Source of the DNA: Neophaeotheca triangularis
Taxonomy: Eukaryota
NCBI GenBank assembly: GCA_054600435.1
Contig: BAAIJX010000033.1
Location: forward strand, 124,001-188,000
Reading direction: 5' to 3'
DNA length: 64,000 bases
Under the pieces are notes generated by a model. It saw nothing but the letters and a program-made list of their open reading frames with translations, made no database searches and was not told the origin of the DNA. A program made the translations under genes and the position numbers. Shown here one piece after another: positions 1 to 11,146 of this stretch (positions within the stretch are counted from its first letter, which is position 1; every line of letters begins with the position of its first letter).

Positions 1-3000
1 TACAGCGTGTCAAAGAAGCCGACGACAATGTTACGATTCACCGCTTCCTCGACACGCTGAAGCCGCGCCCTTCTGCGCAGGAACTCTTCCAGCTTCAAGC
101 TCTTGTTGTCGTTGATGACCTTGTAGTGTGCGATGATCATGAGTAGCGCGTTGAAGGGAATGCCTCGATCCGGATCGGCCGATACCAACACCTCCTCATA
201 AAAGGTGTTCATTCGTGCCCGGCGCCTTCGTATTTCAACCACAGGTAGCTCGGATAAACGCTCCCTCAACTTTTCGAGGTCGATCGTATCTGACACGTCT
301 TTGGTACCATCCATGGGCAGATTCGTTGAAGACGCTGCTGCAGAAACCCTACAATCGTCCATGAGGGCTCTTACTGTAAAGTCGCCATCGTAAATTCGCA
401 TCTCAAAGACACCGGATAACTCACCCAGGAAGCGTGGGAAAGCTTCCCTTGAAATGTACCCAGACCCGTTGGGATCGAATTCGGCCCAGGCCTGTTTGAA
501 ACGGCGAATTTCTTCCCTGCTGATGATGCTGAGCCCACTGCTTCGCTGGTAGACGTATGAGAAACTCTCGTAGATCAGCGAGGTGAATAGGTAGACGAAG
601 ATGTACATGCTCAGGATGTTCCAGGAGATGAAGAGCGCTCTTGCCCATTGCGGACTGCCACAATCACCCTCGTAATACTTTTCGCCAACCGTGCAGTACG
701 GGGGCACTATAGCGGCGTAGTCTTCCATGAGCTCGTTCCAGCCTTCACCTAAGCTCGTTCTAAAGAGTAGGATTAATGCTTTCGGTACCGTCCTTACGTT
801 GATGTTGCCGGTGAGTTCCTCGCCGAATCGCGTGAGGCCAAAGGCTTGTGTAAGCGCGATCGCATACACAAGGAAGAGCACAAACCAAGTAGCCAGCAGA
901 TTTCCAATGGCTGTGAGACTGGCCGCTGCAGTTTTGAAAAGCTGGTCGAGCTGATTGTTTCTCGGGATAAGCAACAGTACCACGGACACTAGGAACAACT
1001 TGTGCAGCTGAACATAAGTCTTGTCGTTGAAATTGGAAAGCAGTAGGATCGTCGTGATGAACGTCCCTCCCACAGCGAAAAGGGAGAAGACGTCCCATGC
1101 GCTCTTTCTGAACCTCGTCCAGGAAAGGCCAATGATGCGTACGATGATATTGGCAATATGGCAGAGAGTCAATGCGAGGAAGATGAAGTCTCTGACTCGA
1201 CTCCATTCCCATTTCTCTGGGTAGTATTCCAAGCACAGCAGTACCAAGTGGACGCCGAGCAGGCATGTCATCACTCTTTGCCACCGTCCAGTCTTGGTGA
1301 TGGCGCGGCGGTAGCACCATTCTTGCCAACTCTGTCTTTTTCTTTTGTTGCTCGGTCGCTTCGACGGCGCTACTTGTCGCAGCAATTTCCTCAGTTCGAG
1401 CCAAGAACGCTGCTCGGTAGTCAAGAAGGCGACGCCGGTCTGTTCGGTGTAGTTGCGCATGAAGACGGAGACGAACAGGGTCAGCACAAAGACAGCACCT
1501 AGCAGGTTGAAAATGACGAAGAAAATAGCATTGCCTCGGCTTGCTGAATCTTCTGGCTGCGTGAAGACTCCAGTGATAGATTCGGCGCTCCACATAACAT
1601 CGATCCAGCCTTCGGTGGACACAATCTGGAACAGAATAAACAGTGACCCGCCGAAGTTATCGAAGTCGTAGTACTCGTTGTCCACTTGTCGAGGTGCAAG
1701 CACGTCCCATTCAAAAGGTTGGCTTAAGTACTCCCCGGTGCAATCCGTAAGGTTGAAGATGTTTGAGTCTCCGTCATTGCAGCTCATCATTTGGCCGGCG
1801 AAGAGGTTGAGGCCGTAAATTGCAAACGGAATAAGCAAGCTCAGCGACACGAAAGCGGCAGACACAACTTTCCACCCACCACGTACGATAACCGCATGAA
1901 AGGTGTCTCGTGCGCTATCGCTCACATTCAGAAGACGCAACGCTCTTAGCGCTTTGAAGGCGCCGACAGCTCGACTGCCACCGCCCGGGTCGTGCAAACT
2001 CGTGATGACGCTTGCCCAGAGCGTCGTGAGGACAATCCCGTCAATGAAGCCCCAGGAGCCGCGGAAGTAGGCGTTCGGGGTGAAGAAGAAGCCGTCAGCA
2101 ACAACTTTGATGACAGCCTCAAGGGTGAAGAACGCCGCGAAGCCGATGTCGCTGAAGACGAACCAGTTTCTGCGCGTGAATTGAGTCCTTTGGAAGTATT
2201 CCTTTTGGTACAGGGGTGTGGTCACGCAGGCCAGTATCACCATTCCAATGATTGCCGCGTACGTGATTGCGGAGAAGGTGTACCAGACCGTGGGAAATGG
2301 TTGAACGCCTTCTATTCGCAAACCACGGCCAGGTCCTACTATGCGCTGGCAAAATTTGCGCACCGGGTTAGAAGGTCGGAAGAGGAAGAGCGAGACGTTG
2401 TAATTTGGGTGATTGCGGAGGTATTCACGCTGAATGACTTTGCGCTGTTCGGTCGCTGCCACTACCTCTTTCGCCAAAGTTCGTGGATCAATCTCCTCGG
2501 AGCCCTTCGTGAGCTGCAGGCGTGCGTAGAAGGGGTTCGGGTCTCGGTGGAACAGCTTATTCACTATCTTGGTGTACCAGATTGTCAAAAACCCGGCATC
2601 CTCAGACATGGGTTTGGTAGAGTGCGCATTGTGTCGCTCGGGCGTGCGCGTAGACGGGGCCTCCTCACCTAGCTGCTCATCCAGGAAATCTCGCACAACA
2701 GCGTCTTTCAACAGCATATCGGTCGCTGCTGATCCAAAGTCCAAGGGATCCTGCTTCTTGGCGTGGCCAAATTTGAACACGGAGCTTAGACTGAGCGTCC
2801 CGGTGCCAGCATCTCCCAACTCTTTCTGCTGCAAGAACATGCGCACTTGCTGCAAGCGCTTCTGGTCCTCACTGACGTCGAAGTTCTCTTGGATGACTGC
2901 AATAAACATGCTCAGAACGATGAAGTTTCCGAGAATGAACCATAGAATGAAGAAAGCTGCTCCGATCCAGGCGGTGTTGTATTCGACGGTTGTGGCAGTC

Positions 3001-5984
3001 ACGTCGTAAACAATATTCGTCCAATCTTCCGATGAAAGCACCTGGTACATGGCCAGGAAGGCATTGTAGAGATTACCGAAATTCATATGTTCGTCATCCG
3101 ACAAAACTCCCCGAAAGAGTTGTGATCCAAAGATTGCGGCCAGAAATGTCAGAAGGAAGACAAACAAGAGGAGGTTCAGGACACCCGAGACATGACGCAG
3201 GACCAATGTTATCAGATCGCGAGTGATACTCACGGCCAAAACTACCCGGTAAACGCGCACTATCTGAAAAAAAGTGAGCCAGCTGTAGACCCGGCCCGAG
3301 TTTCGAATGACCGGTATCTGGATGATTGTGGTGATGATAGCCAAGCCGAGGTCGACCCAGTTACGTCGGTGACGAGGAAAGTCTCGCCAGTCGGCCGCAA
3401 AGCGGATGCAGATCTCTATGAGAAGCAAGAGGGTTACAATCAGCTCCGAGATGTCAATGAAATCGGCAGTCCGATCGCTCATAGTAGCGTTTCTCATGCA
3501 TTGAACCAGTAGCCCGTAGACGATGATTGTTATCCAAAGCCACTTGCTGCGAAGGTAAAGCTTCTTTAGCCCTGAAACGCGCTGGTCCGGTTGATCGTCT
3601 TCTTCTAGTCTGGGAGGCTCTTCCTCGGCTGGGTCGTGGTCAGCAGCCATGAAAGCACTACTTCGGCTCTCTTCGCGTATGACCTGGAACGAAGAGGTGA
3701 TGACTGCGATTAGAAGGTTGATAAGCCATAGGTTCATGAAAACGACCGCAACAGCAAAGAACAGTGCAGCGGCAAGGTAGTCACTGTCGGCAAGCCAGTA
3801 CATCAAGTCCGTGTGGCTATTACTAGACATGACGACGAAGACGAGCTCCAGGGATTGGAAGATGTTGTCGTAGCTGACAGTGCCATCGAACGGGTTGTCT
3901 CCTTCGACGCACACTGACCCTTGTGGGCAAATGTAGCCTTTAGGAGAGGCGGCCCCTTGAGTCACGAAGTCGCCTCTCAACCAAGGCTCAGGCTGACCAC
4001 TGGAATTTAGCCAACCGCCGCAGAACTGCTCCTCTTGTGTGTAGTTGCCTTGTTGTGGATCGGCAGAATTGGCGCCATCCCAGACACAAGTGCGACGAAA
4101 GCTTGATTTGAAGCTCTGAACCCCAACAATGGCAAAAAGGAGCCAGAAGAAGCCTATGAGTAAAGCCACGTTCAGAAGTGTCGGGGCGGCTCGCTTGAGA
4201 CTCCGTAAAATGACTGAAGTACCGCTAGTAATGCCCAGGAGTCTCAATATGCGCAAGCAGCTCAGCATCTTGAAGACGTAAAGTTTAGAACCGTTCTCAA
4301 CGCTGGCAACGCCAAGGGAAAAACTAATCCAGTAAGCCACCACAGCTACGAGATCAAGGCGATTGAATGAGTGCCGCAAGAAAGCTCGGTGAGCAAGACG
4401 CTTTTTCTGAGCTTGCCGCGAGCCTCCAGGGTACTCGTCAAAAGTCTGCGCAGTGAAGCTCCTAAGTAATGACGGCGGGGCCTTTGGTGTACTTGCATCG
4501 TGATTTTGTCCCTTGTTGTACGACGGTGCTCGATGGAGAGCAAATAAGCCATTCGCTTTCTTTGCTAACGCTTGCCTCATTCCGATCCTACGGTCGATGG
4601 TGCTGTACTCCACAGGATTCAACACAAAGCCTGAAACTATGGTTTTGAGCATAATCTCGATGGTGTAGATGATAAAGATACCGAAAAGGGTATAGTCCAC
4701 CCAATCTTCGCCCCATCGGGTTGACCGTTCGGTATCGTACACAGAGCGAGCTGAGTCCACCGCCAGGATGATGGTCTGCCCGATGATCAGGAGTAGAATG
4801 AAGGGTTCGGTGAACGGATGTACAAGAAAGCTCAACAAAAATTGTCGGAGGCTGTTTTCAGGGGAGAATATACCAAGCGACTTGCCTCGCAGAGGGTTTC
4901 GGTCAATGTGTGGAAGGTCCCCGGGTGGAAATACGTTTTCGGCCACTGGCGAAGGTGCCTTTTCACTGACTGGGGATCTGATGGAAGCCGGACCATCGTT
5001 GCCTGACGGTCCCGTCTCTGCTTCTTCTGTCACCAATGATGGTATTTCGGGTCGTACCGGTCGACTGGAAGCTCTCCGCCGGGTTTCCCGCTCCACTATC
5101 TCCTCCGTGGGCTCGTTGCTCAAATTCACGACACGTTGGGACATCTTGCGGAGCATCGTCCCAGTACGACGCAATGGCGATCCAGCCGATGAAGGAGAGA
5201 GCGATCTTTTCCGCCCAGAGGGTGATAGGCTGAGGCCGGATCGAGGAGTGTGCAACCCCGCCTCAGCATTGTGTAAATCATCTCCTAGGCGCGAGCCGGT
5301 TCTGCCATCTGGGCTAGTTACTGGGGTGAATCTTACTCCAGTTGCGGTTGGTAATCGTAGCGTACTGGTCGGGTGTGAGTTCTCGGCAGTGAGAGGTTGC
5401 CGATCGTCTTCGTCGGCAACGCCCGGCGAGAGATAAGTCGGTTCTTCGAGCTGTACAGAGTGCCATTCGTCGTTGCTTGCTTGACTTGTGGTCCTCAATG
5501 GAGGCAAACTGTTCCTTTGTCGTCGAGTAGGTCCGGACATAGTGTTCCGTGCCTCGTCATCTTGTTTAGCATCATCTTGTTCAGTACTATTGGACTGGGT
5601 ATGATAACTCAAGCCTGCGAATCCGATTGCAGTTTGAAATGCTCCTCGATCTGCTACCGGGGAGGAGCCAGCCTCATTGTCTTCTACCGCTCTATGTTGT
5701 CCTGACGGCGTAGTAACGAAGGTTCGGGGACTTGCCGCCGGCCCGGACTGTGGTGGACTAGGGGAGTCCTCATCGTCGATAGCCGTATACTGACGGTGCC
5801 GCCAGTCGTTCCGATCGCTCCTGAACAATGCCCGCCCTCTGTCGCTCAATGTCCGCCTGTGCGAGCCATCTCTTGGCAGCTCACTGTCGCTATCAGACGT
5901 CCGAAGTCTGTTCAGATCCTGCAACGGGATAGAGTTGGTGTTGGTGGACTGATTGCGACGATGCGCCGGGTCGTCAGAGGCCAT
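1..5984 (-). CDS. CCH1: Voltage-gated-like Ca2+ channel subunit Cch1, 3'-partial (continues past window position 1)
   Basis: ATG at 5984 (MASDDPAHRRNQSTNTNSIPLQDL). The same frame is read at spot checks through to position 1 (...VNRNIVVGFFDTLY). Four pore loops MSSNSHTD / LSSEDW / VSTEGWID / SLGEGWNE give the N-E-E-E filter typical of fungal Cch1. Probably absent from the ORF track because no stop lies in the window. Confidence 0.95.
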   Translation of the reverse strand, partial: MASDDPAHRRNQSTNTNSIPLQDLNRLRTSDSDSELPRDGSHRRTLSDRGRALFRSDRNDWRHRQYTAIDDEDSPSPPQSGPAASPRTFVTTPSGQHRAVEDNEAGSSPVADRGAFQTAIGFAGLSYHTQSNSTEQDDAKQDDEARNTMSGPTRRQRNSLPPLRTTSQASNDEWHSVQLEEPTYLSPGVADEDDRQPLTAENSHPTSTLRLPTATGVRFTPVTSPDGRTGSRLGDDLHNAEAGLHTPRSGLSLSPSGRKRSLSPSSAGSPLRRTGTMLRKMSQRVVNLSNEPTEEIVERETRRRASSRPVRPEIPSLVTEEAETGPSGNDGPASIRSPVSEKAPSPVAENVFPPGDLPHIDRNPLRGKSLGIFSPENSLRQFLLSFLVHPFTEPFILLLIIGQTIILAVDSARSVYDTERSTRWGEDWVDYTLFGIFIIYTIEIMLKTIVSGFVLNPVEYSTIDRRIGMRQALAKKANGLFALHRAPSYNKGQNHDASTPKAPPSLLRSFTAQTFDEYPGGSRQAQKKRLAHRAFLRHSFNRLDLVAVVAYWISFSLGVASVENGSKLYVFKMLSCLRILRLLGITSGTSVILRSLKRAAPTLLNVALLIGFFWLLFAIVGVQSFKSSFRRTCVWDGANSADPQQGNYTQEEQFCGGWLNSSGQPEPWLRGDFVTQGAASPKGYICPQGSVCVEGDNPFDGTVSYDNIFQSLELVFVVMSSNSHTDLMYWLADSDYLAAALFFAVAVVFMNLWLINLLIAVITSSFQVIREESRSSAFMAADHDPAEEEPPRLEEDDQPDQRVSGLKKLYLRSKWLWITIIVYGLLVQCMRNATMSDRTADFIDISELIVTLLLLIEICIRFAADWRDFPRHRRNWVDLGLAIITTIIQIPVIRNSGRVYSWLTFFQIVRVYRVVLAVSITRDLITLVLRHVSGVLNLLLFVFLLTFLAAIFGSQLFRGVLSDDEHMNFGNLYNAFLAMYQVLSSEDWTNIVYDVTATTVEYNTAWIGAAFFILWFILGNFIVLSMFIAVIQENFDVSEDQKRLQQVRMFLQQKELGDAGTGTLSLSSVFKFGHAKKQDPLDFGSAATDMLLKDAVVRDFLDEQLGEEAPSTRTPERHNAHSTKPMSEDAGFLTIWYTKIVNKLFHRDPNPFYARLQLTKGSEEIDPRTLAKEVVAATEQRKVIQREYLRNHPNYNVSLFLFRPSNPVRKFCQRIVGPGRGLRIEGVQPFPTVWYTFSAITYAAIIGMVILACVTTPLYQKEYFQRTQFTRRNWFVFSDIGFAAFFTLEAVIKVVADGFFFTPNAYFRGSWGFIDGIVLTTLWASVITSLHDPGGGSRAVGAFKALRALRLLNVSDSARDTFHAVIVRGGWKVVSAAFVSLSLLIPFAIYGLNLFAGQMMSCNDGDSNIFNLTDCTGEYLSQPFEWDVLAPRQVDNEYYDFDNFGGSLFILFQIVSTEGWIDVMWSAESITGVFTQPEDSASRGNAIFFVIFNLLGAVFVLTLFVSVFMRNYTEQTGVAFLTTEQRSWLELRKLLRQVAPSKRPSNKRKRQSWQEWCYRRAITKTGRWQRVMTCLLGVHLVLLCLEYYPEKWEWSRVRDFIFLALTLCHIANIIVRIIGLSWTRFRKSAWDVFSLFAVGGTFITTILLLSNFNDKTYVQLHKLFLVSVVLLLIPRNNQLDQLFKTAAASLTAIGNLLATWFVLFLVYAIALTQAFGLTRFGEELTGNINVRTVPKALILLFRTSLGEGWNELMEDYAAIVPPYCTVGEKYYEGDCGSPQWARALFISWNILSMYIFVYLFTSLIYESFSYVYQRSSGLSIISREEIRRFKQAWAEFDPNGSGYISREAFPRFLGELSGVFEMRIYDGDFTVRALMDDCRVSAAASSTNLPMDGTKDVSDTIDLEKLRERLSELPVVEIRRRRARMNTFYEEVLVSADPDRGIPFNALLMIIAHYKVINDNKSLKLEEFLRRRARLQRVEEAVNRNIVVGFFDTL

Positions 5985-7119
5985 GGAGACAGGCCTGTCT
6001 CAGCGGTTGACTTGACTTCCCCTGCTACGATCACTGCTCGTCATCTGCGCATTGATCGCTGTGGCCCAAAGGTACGTATCTTTCGCTCGATAATGGGCGC
6101 AGACGGCGCCAAGGCTTAGGGATTCGGATAGTAGGAATGTAGGAGCCGTGGGAGTAAGGAATGTCAATGGTAGGCTGGTGTGGGGATGGAAGGATGCGGA
6201 GCGGCGGTGTGGGCGTCGGGAAGAAACAGTCGTGGGGAGATGCGCTCTACCGGTGTTGTCGGTCTTGGGAGGTGAGAGATAGGGAAGTGTAAAGAAGTGT
6301 AAAGAGTTATGGCTGCCTTTGAGGGTGAAAGCTACGCGTCCTTGGCCCAAAGGCTCCCGTACCTCCAGGTACAGTCAGCTCCTGCACGCCGCCGTCGTTC
6401 CGCTGGAGAGGGCCAACAAGCTCTCGGCTCGCGCGAGGCCGCACCTCCACAATTCAGCCTTGTACAGCCCTAACAGCCTTAGCCGCGTAACTACCGCCCC
6501 TATAATTACACACCACCTGCGCTTACAACCTCACGTCCTTCAGGGTTAGACTTTGAGAACAACCTACCCAATAATGTTCGACTCTGACATGGCCCACGCA
6601 TTCTCCGATCTTGCTGGCCAACTGTATTTCAGTCATTGTGGCAGTAGTTGTGGTCCTCTACATCACAGCCCTATCCGAGACGGACTCCGGCATAACCTCG
6701 TGTGAGAAAGAAGAGCCATCATCTGGATCCACGTTGCATTTTCGTTGTAACTTGGGCCAAAATTGGCGACAACCTCATTCACTCCATCTCAACATGTCAG
6801 AGGGCCGATCACGAGCGAGCGAAGCATCCTCAGACCATGGAGCTTACATGCATGCATGCTAAAGCGGTCTTTTGTCTTCTGCTTTGTATACTTGCGTATA
6901 AAGCCATTGTCCTTCCGCATGCTCCTATGAAAAGACGGCTTGCTTTGTTCGAACCATCAGTTCTTTGAGTGCCATGAAAGGCATTGTACGCTTGGGAGGA
7001 AGCAAATTGGCTTTCATACCGCAATGCATATTAGGCTCAAGAGGCGAGGACATGTCTCGAACGATTTATTTCCTCTTCTCCACAGAAAAACTAAAACGAC
7101 GACGTAAGTAAGCAACAAG

Positions 7120-8181
7120 ATGGGATTCAACAAAGGTAAGTTGTCGTGGATGCTGGACGCCCACGACCGGATTGTGCACCCCATTTTTGCTTACGACGAC
7201 GCCAAATTCACCATCTTCCGCAAAGAGTACCTGGACTTGTACCCGATCTTCCTATACGCCTCCTTGTTCATCACCAGTCCCGCGGCCATGAAGTTCTGGC
7301 ACGCTCGCATCTTCGGCGAGCAACAGATGATAACCAATGAGAAAGGCGAGTCACTCTTCGTCGTGCAGTGCGACGACAAGGTCAAGCTTACTAACAAGGA
7401 ATACCGAAAGGTGGAGCGCAGACTCCTACAGCTCGCACCAAACGTTCGGTTCGAACTGCACCATGGAGAAGAAGATTGCAACCGTTGGGCGGGGCAATGC
7501 ACGGCTTGGCCGGGGAGGAAAGCTTTCAAGGGACATGGCCATGGGAGTGTCATTTCTCTTTCCTCGAAACTCACACAGGCATACCTCAAGGAGACCGATG
7601 AGAACGTCCGAATCCAACGAGCCATCCACATGGCCGGCATTCTTGCGCACGAGTTCGCACACGCCGTCCACTTTGCCGTCTCCCCCGACTTTCCGCATGA
7701 ACACATCGCGGACGTCTTCGTTGGCGACGACACTTTCCAGGAGAGCGGCTACGCGCTTGAGAGCCGTCTTTTCGGCGGGGTTCGCCTTCAGATCAACCAC
7801 GAGAACGGAACACTCGGGACAGTTGCGCTGCCCTTTTACGAACTCTGCACACACTACTACGGGCCGTACAAGGGTGTTGCGACTAGGCTGGAGCCAAACC
7901 TCATCGATTCGGCGTGGGAGATTCCCCCTTGGTTTTTGGAGAGACTCGCAAGCAAGAGCTTTTGGAACCATGTCTTTTCCCGTCGATCCAACAGGAAGGC
8001 GCTGTTTTTCCCAAAGAACAAAGACTTAAAGTTCACCATCGAGAATTTTGAGGACAGTAAGCAGTTGATTGCGAAATGGACGCTCAACAACAGTCCATCA
8101 TTGTCGACCACTTATCACAGGGACCTTGGCATGGGCGCTGCTATGGACGATGACGCTATGGACTGGGAGTATACTGACTAG
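7120..8181 (+). CDS. Uncharacterised HExxH zinc-metalloprotease-like protein (353 aa)
   Basis: Intronless ORF with ILAHEFAHAVH and downstream ESGYALESRLFGG; no signal peptide visible. Confidence 0.75.
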   Translation: MGFNKGKLSWMLDAHDRIVHPIFAYDDAKFTIFRKEYLDLYPIFLYASLFITSPAAMKFWHARIFGEQQMITNEKGESLFVVQCDDKVKLTNKEYRKVERRLLQLAPNVRFELHHGEEDCNRWAGQCTAWPGRKAFKGHGHGSVISLSSKLTQAYLKETDENVRIQRAIHMAGILAHEFAHAVHFAVSPDFPHEHIADVFVGDDTFQESGYALESRLFGGVRLQINHENGTLGTVALPFYELCTHYYGPYKGVATRLEPNLIDSAWEIPPWFLERLASKSFWNHVFSRRSNRKALFFPKNKDLKFTIENFEDSKQLIAKWTLNNSPSLSTTYHRDLGMGAAMDDDAMDWEYTD

Positions 8182-8549
8182 GTATGAAGGGGTGGATAGT
8201 GGAAAGTATCACGGGACATTTCTTATGGGGCGTTTCGTGTGTACTAAACAATGTGTTTTTCTCTGTCAATAACCCTTTTCTTTGTTAACAAAGGATCCGG
8301 TGAACTTTGGAAGTGCAATCATTCAGTGACCGCAACTCTTTGTTATTACCTAACCCTTTTCGGCAACGTTGTTCAAACGTCTCGCATGCCTTTAGCGTCA
8401 TTCTTCCCCACGGTCCCGGCGTGCCTCGATCCGTGACTGTCGTCGTTGTCTTTCATGTGGACCTGTAAACTTCTCGACAGGCGAGAAGAACTGGAATGGC
8501 GCTGGTCGAGTGGTAGCATCGTGGTGCGTGCTGTGACCGATCAGAGTCT

Positions 8550-9482
8550 TCAATCTGCAGTCATATCGACAACTTCGATCAACTCGCCGTTGTACATGAT
8601 GCTGGAGGGAAACTTCGAGGTTTTCCTGTGTACCACATTCTTGTGGCCGATAGACGAAGTGGTGGGAGTCGTCGGAGCGCCTCCAGGTTTGCTTCTGGGG
8701 CCATCGTCTTCGTCCCCGTGATCGGTGCCCCCAAGCTCGCCATCCTCAAAGTAATCCTCCACAAGCTCTTCGTGTTCGGATTCGTCGGAAATGAGGTCTT
8801 CGTCCTCGATCACGGTTTCGTCAAAGTCGTCGCCCTCGCTTGTGTCGCCGTCGCTGCCGATCGAGAGTATAAAGTCTTCGTAAGAGTCTTCCTTCAACCG
8901 AACAGACGCCGTTGGCTCTGCAGAATTTGCTGGCAGTGGCGCGCCTCCCTTTGAGATGGGACCCCAACTTCGCAAAACTTGCTGGATCTGATTGTGAATT
9001 AGCGCCCGCACTTGCTGCCGGCTCTGACCCCCTCGGCGAAGTAACGTGTCGTACCCAGTGTGGACATGGCGGACGTGAGCGGTAACAGCCAATAAGACGC
9101 GGCGATCAATGCTCACAGTGCCGGTACGTCCTACCCTGCCACTGCGCTTCTTGAACGCGTGCTCGAGCACCTTCTTCACGTCTTCTCCCGGCATGCGTGG
9201 GAACAGGCGCGCAATCACTGACTTGGCTGCGTCCTTATCTTTGCGGTCCTTCTCGGCCACAGCTGCGGCGCGCGTTGCGCGAGTGGCCAGAGAGTCCGCT
9301 CTAACCTGGCGGACCACGGATTTGGGGCATCTCAGCCCACCGGGCACAACCTGCACGTCATGTCCAGACTGTAGAGTCTGCTGTCGACAGTGGCGCGTGA
9401 CATATGGGTCGCCCTTGGGCACAAACGTGTAACCTTGAGGGAGTGCCGAGGCCGCGAGAACAGTGACCTCCTTGCCGAGCAT
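8550..9482 (-). CDS. DUF2293-domain protein with acidic C-terminal tail
   Basis: LFPRMP...HAFKKRSGRVGRT...LAVTAHVRHVHTGYDTLL motifs; first ATG at 9482. Confidence 0.85.
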   Translation of the reverse strand: MLGKEVTVLAASALPQGYTFVPKGDPYVTRHCRQQTLQSGHDVQVVPGGLRCPKSVVRQVRADSLATRATRAAAVAEKDRKDKDAAKSVIARLFPRMPGEDVKKVLEHAFKKRSGRVGRTGTVSIDRRVLLAVTAHVRHVHTGYDTLLRRGGQSRQQVRALIHNQIQQVLRSWGPISKGGAPLPANSAEPTASVRLKEDSYEDFILSIGSDGDTSEGDDFDETVIEDEDLISDESEHEELVEDYFEDGELGGTDHGDEDDGPRSKPGGAPTTPTTSSIGHKNVVHRKTSKFPSSIMYNGELIEVVDMTAD

Positions 9483-10399
9483 GGTCACGGGAAGGGCAGC
9501 AGGGCAGGTGAAGAAGTGTGCGCTAGGGGTCCTTGGCGATTTTGAGTGTCATATGAGTATTGCCTTGATGGTCCTAGCGGAGTAATGGGTGCGTGAGATG
9601 GTTCAAGTCCGCATCGATGTAGGCAGTCCGTGATGGAGTGGAAGCGCTGCGTGGCTGGATTCGCTACTAAATCGTCCTAGCGGACGGAACCTGATGCCAA
9701 GACGATCGATTCCTCTGTGTCCAAACCGTCTTCTCCTGGCGATGTTTTCGTGGTTTCCCTCAGGCGCGGTCTGGATAGGTGCAGTTCGCCTTGGCTCGAT
9801 GTCTTACTGAGGGGACCCTCACAGCCACTGGGCGGCGAATCTTTGTCGCCGGTAGCTCAGCTCAGCGTCTTGATGCAGACGAGATTCACTCCTTGTAGCG
9901 GATGAGAATATGTGATATTCGCTGCGAATCGCCACTAAACAGACGAATGTGACAAACCAAGACATGGAATGCTACAGACACGCGGGTTGGACATCGCGTC
10001 AATGGTACGACGCCGCCGGGGACTTACAGACTCACTCATTGAATGGCGAGCACAAAAGGCTGTGTTGGGCGCCCCTAGTCTCAGTCTAGCTTGTGTTGCT
10101 GGTAAGATATGGTAACGTTAGTCCAAGCTGGTGAGTTTCTTAAAATATATAAAATAAATAATATAGACAAAGAAGAGCACCTGCACACACCATGTTGAGG
10201 GAGGGTCTGAGGCTGGAAAGAAAGGCCGAGGTCCAGAGAAGGTTAAAAGCAAAGCTGGACCTCACCTGGGCTGGATACCTCTATCAACCTTGGAAACGTC
10301 GTGTCATTTAATCGTTTCTAGATACATTGGAATACAATAATATACATTGCTCCTCCGTCGTCTCGCATTCTCTTCTCTTCTCTTCTCGTGACGCAAGCC

Positions 10400-11038
10400 A
10401 TGGCCTCCCTGTCCGACCACTACCCCATCTCCTGCCCCTTCTGCAACATCTCCAATGCCTACCCTGCCGGTCCATCGCCAGTCCCTTCCGATCCGAACCC
10501 TGAGCTCGTCTCGCCCCAATGCCATCTACTCCTGTCGAGCAAATATGTCCTAGCCTTTCTTGACATTTTGCCCATTTCGCCTGGCCACGTCTTGATCACT
10601 ACCCGGGACCATTACACCAAGCTGTCCGATATACAGGGCAAGTCCAACGGCGCCGAGGACTGGGCCAGTAGACGTGCTGCCGAGACAGCAAGAGAAACAT
10701 CACGAGCAATTGGAGAATGGCTTCCCATCGTTAGTCGAGCGCTGTGTAGAGCAACTGGCATTGAAGATTGGAACGTTGTGCAGAATAACGGTGAAAGGGC
10801 AGCACAGGTGGTTCCGCATGTGCACTTCCACCTAATCCCCCGCTTTCAAGAAGGGAGAACAGACAAATTAGCCAACAGAGGCAAAAAGGAGGACGTTGGC
10901 ATGTTGAAGAGTTGGCGCATGTTTGGGAAGGGCAGCCGTGAAGAGCTTGACGATGACGAAGGTGCTGAATTGGCTGCCATGCTACGAGATGCGCTTGCGG
11001 AAGAGGTGGGAGACCCACAACCAAAGCAAAAGCTTTAG
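10400..11038 (+). CDS. HIT-family nucleotide hydrolase (Hint/Hnt1-like)
   Basis: CPFC, LAFLDILPISPGHVL, QNNGERAAQVVPHVHFH (histidine triad HxHxH); ATG at 10400. Confidence 0.92.
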   Translation: MASLSDHYPISCPFCNISNAYPAGPSPVPSDPNPELVSPQCHLLLSSKYVLAFLDILPISPGHVLITTRDHYTKLSDIQGKSNGAEDWASRRAAETARETSRAIGEWLPIVSRALCRATGIEDWNVVQNNGERAAQVVPHVHFHLIPRFQEGRTDKLANRGKKEDVGMLKSWRMFGKGSREELDDDEGAELAAMLRDALAEEVGDPQPKQKL

Positions 11039-11146
11039 TGCGCTGCAATTGCTTGACTTGAACAATGCCTTTCGATACAACGGGAAGCCAACGATCATGC
11101 TTCCAGCTCTTACGCTTCCAACTCATTGCCCTTGCGATTGTTCTTC

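Noticed and set aside
6570..6600. GTTCGACTC B-box-like motif suggesting a tRNA
   Set aside because: No cloverleaf stems or A-box around it.
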